Virus record (IMG/VR): IMGVR_UViG_3300048856_000113
Span: 1-42,776 of that record
Direction: 5' to 3' (one strand)
Length of the DNA: 42,776 nucleotides
Origin: a virus
Lineage: Duplodnaviria; Caudoviricetes
The notes beneath the pieces were generated by a model, which was given only the letters and a program-made list of their open reading frames with translations, was not told the origin of the DNA and made no database searches. The translations under genes were made by a program, and so were the position numbers. Within the stretch, counting starts at the first letter, position 1; every line of letters begins with the position of its first letter. Positions 38,473 through 42,776 of the stretch are shown here, piece by piece.

Positions 38473-41004
38473 CTAGGCGAAGAAGAACCTGCTCTCCTTG
38501 ATTTGCTCAAGGTTCAGGTCCCCTTCCGGGGGAAGCTCGGGAAGCTCATCGGCCACGCTAGGGCATTGGGCTGCCACCTGATCCCGAAGGGAGACCAGAG
38601 GGCGGTTGCGGTACATGTCGACGAAGACCTCGCGCAGGGTGTTCCTGAGCAGGGTCGTGTCACAGGCATGGGTTCCGTAGCTGTCGTGGATCATCGCCAA
38701 GCTGGTGATGCCCCGTTCGAACAGCCGCGCAGCCGTCAGGATCATGGCCGACGCATCCATCGAGTGGACGTAGTTCGGGCTGACCGAGGTGGACTGCTTG
38801 GAGTTGTTGACGGCTTCGGTCTCATCGTAGGCGGTGAGCTTGATGATCGTGCCGTTGATCCGGGTCTTGATGCGGCGCATGGCCAGCTCGGGATAGAGCT
38901 GATACGCAATGAAGCCTGAGGGCGTCTCCCAGTAGAGCGGAGCGTTGGCCTTAGCAGTGAGCCTCGCGACCTTCTGCAGCCAGCCCATGGCGTCCCTTGC
39001 GGCAACCACCACGTCTCCAATGCTCTCCCACACCAGCTTCGACAGCCAAGCGATTGCACGAGGCAGCTCGTCCCCGAGGTTCGGTTCCTTGCCAGCCGCG
39101 ATCTTCTCCTTGACGGCCTCCTCGACATACTTGAGGCACGAGCGCGGGGTGCCGCCATACGGCAGGACCATGACCGGGCGCTTGGTGATCTTGCGGTCCA
39201 TGCCGAAGGTCAGCCAGCTATGAGCCCACCGGCGCATTTCAGCATCGGTCGGCCCCTTCTTCTTGCTCGTGTCAGCCTCAGGCTCGAACAGCTCAGCCAC
39301 ATCGGCCAAGACATCGCTTGCATCATTGCAAGTAATTAGACGCAGCTTCTCCATCACACGGTCTGCGACCGCTTGATAGATGTCCTGCGGCTTGTCCGAG
39401 GGGATCAGGTTGACGGCTGCGCCACCAACGCTGTCCCTGAGCATGGCCGAGAAGTGCTGGAGGCCGTTGCACGAGCCGTCCATAGCGATCGGTAGGTGAG
39501 AGACGAAGGTCTTCGGGTTCTCGCAATAGGCTTGCCATTCGAAGCAGAACGCGAGGAAGCACCACGGGCTGTCGGCCTCGGTCCACCACTGGTAGCCGAT
39601 AGGGTCCTGCGCACAGGCCCAGATATGGTGCTGGTTCTCCTCGACCCACTGGACCCGCTCCTCGAAGGAGACCTTGTCCACGCCATAGGTGTTGGAGCCC
39701 TGCACGGCCAGCCAGAAGCGACCGTCAGTGCCGAGTGGCTTGCCCACTGCGAAGCGCAGCAGACCCTTCACGTTGTCCGATCCTTGCGGATGCAGCACGA
39801 GCGGCACCGGATACGCCCTGCCCCGGAAGTCGAGGTTGTGCGGGAAATAGATAGCCGGTTCGTCCCGGAAGCGTCGGCACAGGGTCAGCAGGGAGTGCTG
39901 GCTGAGCCGGTCCTGTCGGCGGTGATAGTTGGCGGTGTGAACGTCCCGCGCAGCCCATTTCCATTTCTGCTTGGCCTCGTCGTTGGTGTCGATGTCGTAG
40001 GGCTTGGGTGGCAGCTCGATGTCCTTGAGCGGCACGACCCCGGCTGACGTGGATCCAGCCTTGAGCAGGGCCTCGAACACGTCCAGCACCTTGCCGTTGA
40101 TCTGCCATGGCGTCTGCTGGATGGCGTTGAGCCCGAGGAAGACCTTGGTCAGATCCGTGGATGAGAGCATGTCGAGGTGGACCCGACGCGCCCTGCGGAC
40201 CAGCGTGACCGGACGAACGGCATCCGAGTGGTAGCCGCCACCGGCAATCCCGGTCCAGTTCCTCGGTGGGATGATGGTCGGCATGTAGTAGGGGTTCAGC
40301 AGCTCACCACGGAGGAGGCTGGAGTTGACCCAGTCGCTGGCCTTCTCGGTCAGGAACACCTGATGCTGATCCTTGTACTGGCCCGAGAAGCCGGTCTGGT
40401 TCAGCGCGAACTCGATCAGGCCGGTGGAGTCAGCCACCAGCTCGACCATCTTGGAGCCGAGGAGGATGCTATCGTTGCGGCCCCAGCGTTCCCACGGGAT
40501 GTTGTATTTGCCCATGGCGTAGATCAGGACCTTGCGGCGGTGGGCCTCATTGGCCCCGTCCTCGGTCAAGCTCTTGTCCAGACGGGCGAACATGCCTGGG
40601 TTCAGGACCGCGAAGCGCTCGAACCTTGCCTCGTTCTCCAGCGCGTTTGCCACGTTCATGGACAGGCCGGTTAGGTTGGTGATCGACTTCGACATGAGCC
40701 GACCGAGGATGGCTTTCAGTGAAATGTAGGCGACGACATCGGGGTCCATGTCTCGGACCAGCTTCGCGGCCACAGCCTTGGGGCCAGGGCGACCGGAGTA
40801 GACCTCCGCGATGAAGTGCTGCAGGGCGTCGGAGACGGAACCCACTGCCTTCTTGATCAGGAACTGACCGGGTTGGGTCTCCCCTCCCCGATCCTGTTCG
40901 ATTTCCTTGGCCGACCGAGCTTGGTATCGAGCCGCACCGAGGTTGGACATGTCGATTTCGAGTTCGATCTGGCGCTGGAGTAAACATTCAAGACCGTTCA
41001 TCAT
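38473..41004 (-). CDS. Single-subunit DNA-directed RNA polymerase (T7 gp1-like)
   Basis: DFRGRAYP, DGSCNGLQH, RKITKRPVMVLPYG, PNYVHSMDAS, IHDSYGTH, C-terminal FFFA. Confidence 0.98.
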   Translation of the reverse strand: MMNGLECLLQRQIELEIDMSNLGAARYQARSAKEIEQDRGGETQPGQFLIKKAVGSVSDALQHFIAEVYSGRPGPKAVAAKLVRDMDPDVVAYISLKAILGRLMSKSITNLTGLSMNVANALENEARFERFAVLNPGMFARLDKSLTEDGANEAHRRKVLIYAMGKYNIPWERWGRNDSILLGSKMVELVADSTGLIEFALNQTGFSGQYKDQHQVFLTEKASDWVNSSLLRGELLNPYYMPTIIPPRNWTGIAGGGYHSDAVRPVTLVRRARRVHLDMLSSTDLTKVFLGLNAIQQTPWQINGKVLDVFEALLKAGSTSAGVVPLKDIELPPKPYDIDTNDEAKQKWKWAARDVHTANYHRRQDRLSQHSLLTLCRRFRDEPAIYFPHNLDFRGRAYPVPLVLHPQGSDNVKGLLRFAVGKPLGTDGRFWLAVQGSNTYGVDKVSFEERVQWVEENQHHIWACAQDPIGYQWWTEADSPWCFLAFCFEWQAYCENPKTFVSHLPIAMDGSCNGLQHFSAMLRDSVGGAAVNLIPSDKPQDIYQAVADRVMEKLRLITCNDASDVLADVAELFEPEADTSKKKGPTDAEMRRWAHSWLTFGMDRKITKRPVMVLPYGGTPRSCLKYVEEAVKEKIAAGKEPNLGDELPRAIAWLSKLVWESIGDVVVAARDAMGWLQKVARLTAKANAPLYWETPSGFIAYQLYPELAMRRIKTRINGTIIKLTAYDETEAVNNSKQSTSVSPNYVHSMDASAMILTAARLFERGITSLAMIHDSYGTHACDTTLLRNTLREVFVDMYRNRPLVSLRDQVAAQCPSVADELPELPPEGDLNLEQIKESRFFFA

Positions 41005-41058
41005 TACCTCTCGACGGGGCCGCGAATCAGCTCCGTGCCGTGACTTATCTTTGCGCAG

Positions 41059-42327
41059 GTGGGGGAATTAGTGCCGATACGAATATTCGCTAGGAATTAC
41101 CGTGGCTTTAAGCATCTTGATGTAGATCTCAGCACGAACCTATTTATAACAGGAGACAATAGCTCCGGTAAGAGTTCGATACTTCTTCTGCTACAAGCAG
41201 TTCTACGTTCAGAACTTAATGATTTTGCTCAGCTCGATGAGAGACTTACAAGCGAGAAGTGGGATTTCTTTTCGCCTTATTTCTCTTACGCCGATGTCGA
41301 CATCGGTTTCATAGCCAACGAAGGCAGCAAGCCGCTTGGGAAGATGATCACAATCAAGCGGCCGCCTCCGGGAGCGCCACCGCTGGCATCTAGAATGACT
41401 TGGATCGAGGACGGACAACGTTTCACGTTCAAGCGGTCAGAGAAGGCAGCAGGCCTCAAGATCTCTACGTTTGACGGGGAGCTTACCTCGGAGGCCCTCT
41501 ATCATCTTCACCACGAAACCTCCGGATTCAAAGCTCTGCCACTTGATGATCAGTTTGTAGGCTCGGGAGCGAATTCATCTGAAGTCGTCTACAGTGCGAT
41601 CCGCTCATTGCGCACAAATGACAAGCTGACCAAGCTCATGTTCAACAGCGTTCGCATAGGGCGCCTTCCTAGCACTCTGCACAGCGGCCCGATCCGAGGC
41701 CTTCCCGAGCGGTTCTATTACCTCGACCGGAAAATCAAAGCCTCTGGCACCCACTTCGCATCCATGTGGCACGACATGGCCGAAGCACGTGAAAAGATCG
41801 GGATGGAAGCTGTCAAGACGTTCGGCCGCGAGAGTTCTTTGTTTGAGGACTTGTCGGTCGAGAAGATCTCAAAGAAGGTTCCAAACTCCCCGTTGATGGT
41901 GACGGTAAAGAAGCACGGAAAATCGTTCTTGCTTAGTCAGGTTGGCGTAGGCGTCTCCCAGGTTATTCCCATTGTTGTGGAGTCCGCGTTTCAGGTGGAC
42001 GATCCGAGCAGCAACATAATCCTGTTGCAGCAACCCGAACTTCATCTTCATCCGATGGCACAGGCAGCGCTTGGAGAGTTTCTATACTCCATGGCGCAGC
42101 GTGGAATCCGGTATGTTGTTGAGACACACAGCGACTACTTAATAGACCGTTATCGAGCGAAGGTAAGAGAAGACAAAGCGGGATCGGGCGCGATCCTGTT
42201 CTGCGAGAATAGGCCAGATGGCAACTTTAGCCATCACATTGCGATCTCGGAAGACGGTGAACTGCAGTCTCCTCCAGAGAACTACAAGGACTTTTTCGTG
42301 ACTGAATTGATGCGGACGATGTTCTAA
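41059..42327 (+). CDS. ABC/AAA_21-type ATPase (DUF3696-like C-terminus), putative defence sensor
   Basis: NYRGF, GDNSSGKS Walker A, VGVGVSQVIP signature, QQPELHLHP, ETHS H-loop. Start may be GTG at 41071. Confidence 0.88.
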   Translation: MGELVPIRIFARNYRGFKHLDVDLSTNLFITGDNSSGKSSILLLLQAVLRSELNDFAQLDERLTSEKWDFFSPYFSYADVDIGFIANEGSKPLGKMITIKRPPPGAPPLASRMTWIEDGQRFTFKRSEKAAGLKISTFDGELTSEALYHLHHETSGFKALPLDDQFVGSGANSSEVVYSAIRSLRTNDKLTKLMFNSVRIGRLPSTLHSGPIRGLPERFYYLDRKIKASGTHFASMWHDMAEAREKIGMEAVKTFGRESSLFEDLSVEKISKKVPNSPLMVTVKKHGKSFLLSQVGVGVSQVIPIVVESAFQVDDPSSNIILLQQPELHLHPMAQAALGEFLYSMAQRGIRYVVETHSDYLIDRYRAKVREDKAGSGAILFCENRPDGNFSHHIAISEDGELQSPPENYKDFFVTELMRTMF

Positions 42328-42776
42328 TGGCGAGAGTGATTATCGATGTCTCTGCAGCCGGGAAGGAGTGGCTGAAAGAAATCCTCCCGGATCTTAGCAA
42401 GTGCCCTAATGTGAAGTTCGTCTATTCAGATCACGAGAAATATCGCGACGAGGCGGCGAGCAACATGTTTCTGGGCAACTTTCTGAAGCTGATGAAGCAG
42501 AAGCAGATGAGGGATGATACTGACCCCTCCATTTGTGAGCGCCTTATCAGAGAGTTGAACTCGCTGAAAGAGTGGCAGGACGAGCAGGCGTGTGACGATC
42601 CCCATATCTTCGCGATGGCGTACCAGAGGCCAGACGCCTTCGTCTTCACCTCCGATGCACGGATGGTCAAATGCAGGGGCTGCATGGCTGGATGCCTTGA
42701 CAAGAAGTTCCGTTCTTTTTCTACGATCCAATCGCGGTCCAACTACGACGCCAACGAGCACAGGATAAAAGCATAA
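42327..42776 (+). CDS. PIN-like domain protein, putative nuclease effector
   Basis: N-terminal strand VIID, DDPHIFAMA, VFTSD: the acidic-residue layout of PIN folds. TAATG coupling to the ATPase. Confidence 0.7.
   Translation: MARVIIDVSAAGKEWLKEILPDLSKCPNVKFVYSDHEKYRDEAASNMFLGNFLKLMKQKQMRDDTDPSICERLIRELNSLKEWQDEQACDDPHIFAMAYQRPDAFVFTSDARMVKCRGCMAGCLDKKFRSFSTIQSRSNYDANEHRIKA

Noticed and set aside
38455-38485. TTGCA motifs as sigma54 -12 elements
   Set aside because: No TGG at the -24 position, and the motif is palindromic, which fits a dimeric repressor better.
41059-42776. Calling the cassette PARIS, Septu or retron-associated
   Set aside because: The partner lacks recognisable TOPRIM or HNH motifs, and there is no reverse transcriptase in the window.

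Overview
The window is a near-complete, GC-rich T7-like (Autographiviridae-type) podophage genome in prophage permutation, running from the integrase stop codon to the stop codon of an accessory cassette. Almost all phage genes are on the minus strand. Read from right to left they are: single-subunit RNA polymerase, SSB, endonuclease I, primase/helicase, family-A DNA polymerase, exonuclease, portal, scaffold, a lysis cassette, major capsid, tail tube A/B, internal virion proteins, collagen-repeat tail fibre, terminases, a repeat-rich putative genome-end junction, early genes, a putative antirepressor, a MarR-like wHTH regulator and a tyrosine integrase. No att sites are visible. An alphaproteobacterial host is inferred from a GAAC-N7-GAAC LexA box. 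Direct reading shows a probable lysogeny circuit: at least six perfect TTGCA-N4-TGCAA palindromes (one inside the RNAP gene, one abutting a phage promoter) and an SOS-box promoter in front of the antirepressor-regulator-integrase block. It also shows six phage-RNAP promoters with consensus AATAGGGRCCACRMTAG. Accessory cargo includes an ABC/AAA ATPase + PIN-like two-gene cassette (candidate undescribed defence system), a PD-(D/E)xK nuclease-ImmA/IrrE protease fusion, a Rap1a-like immunity protein and membrane or secreted morons. All family assignments come from motif recognition by eye, not from database searches.
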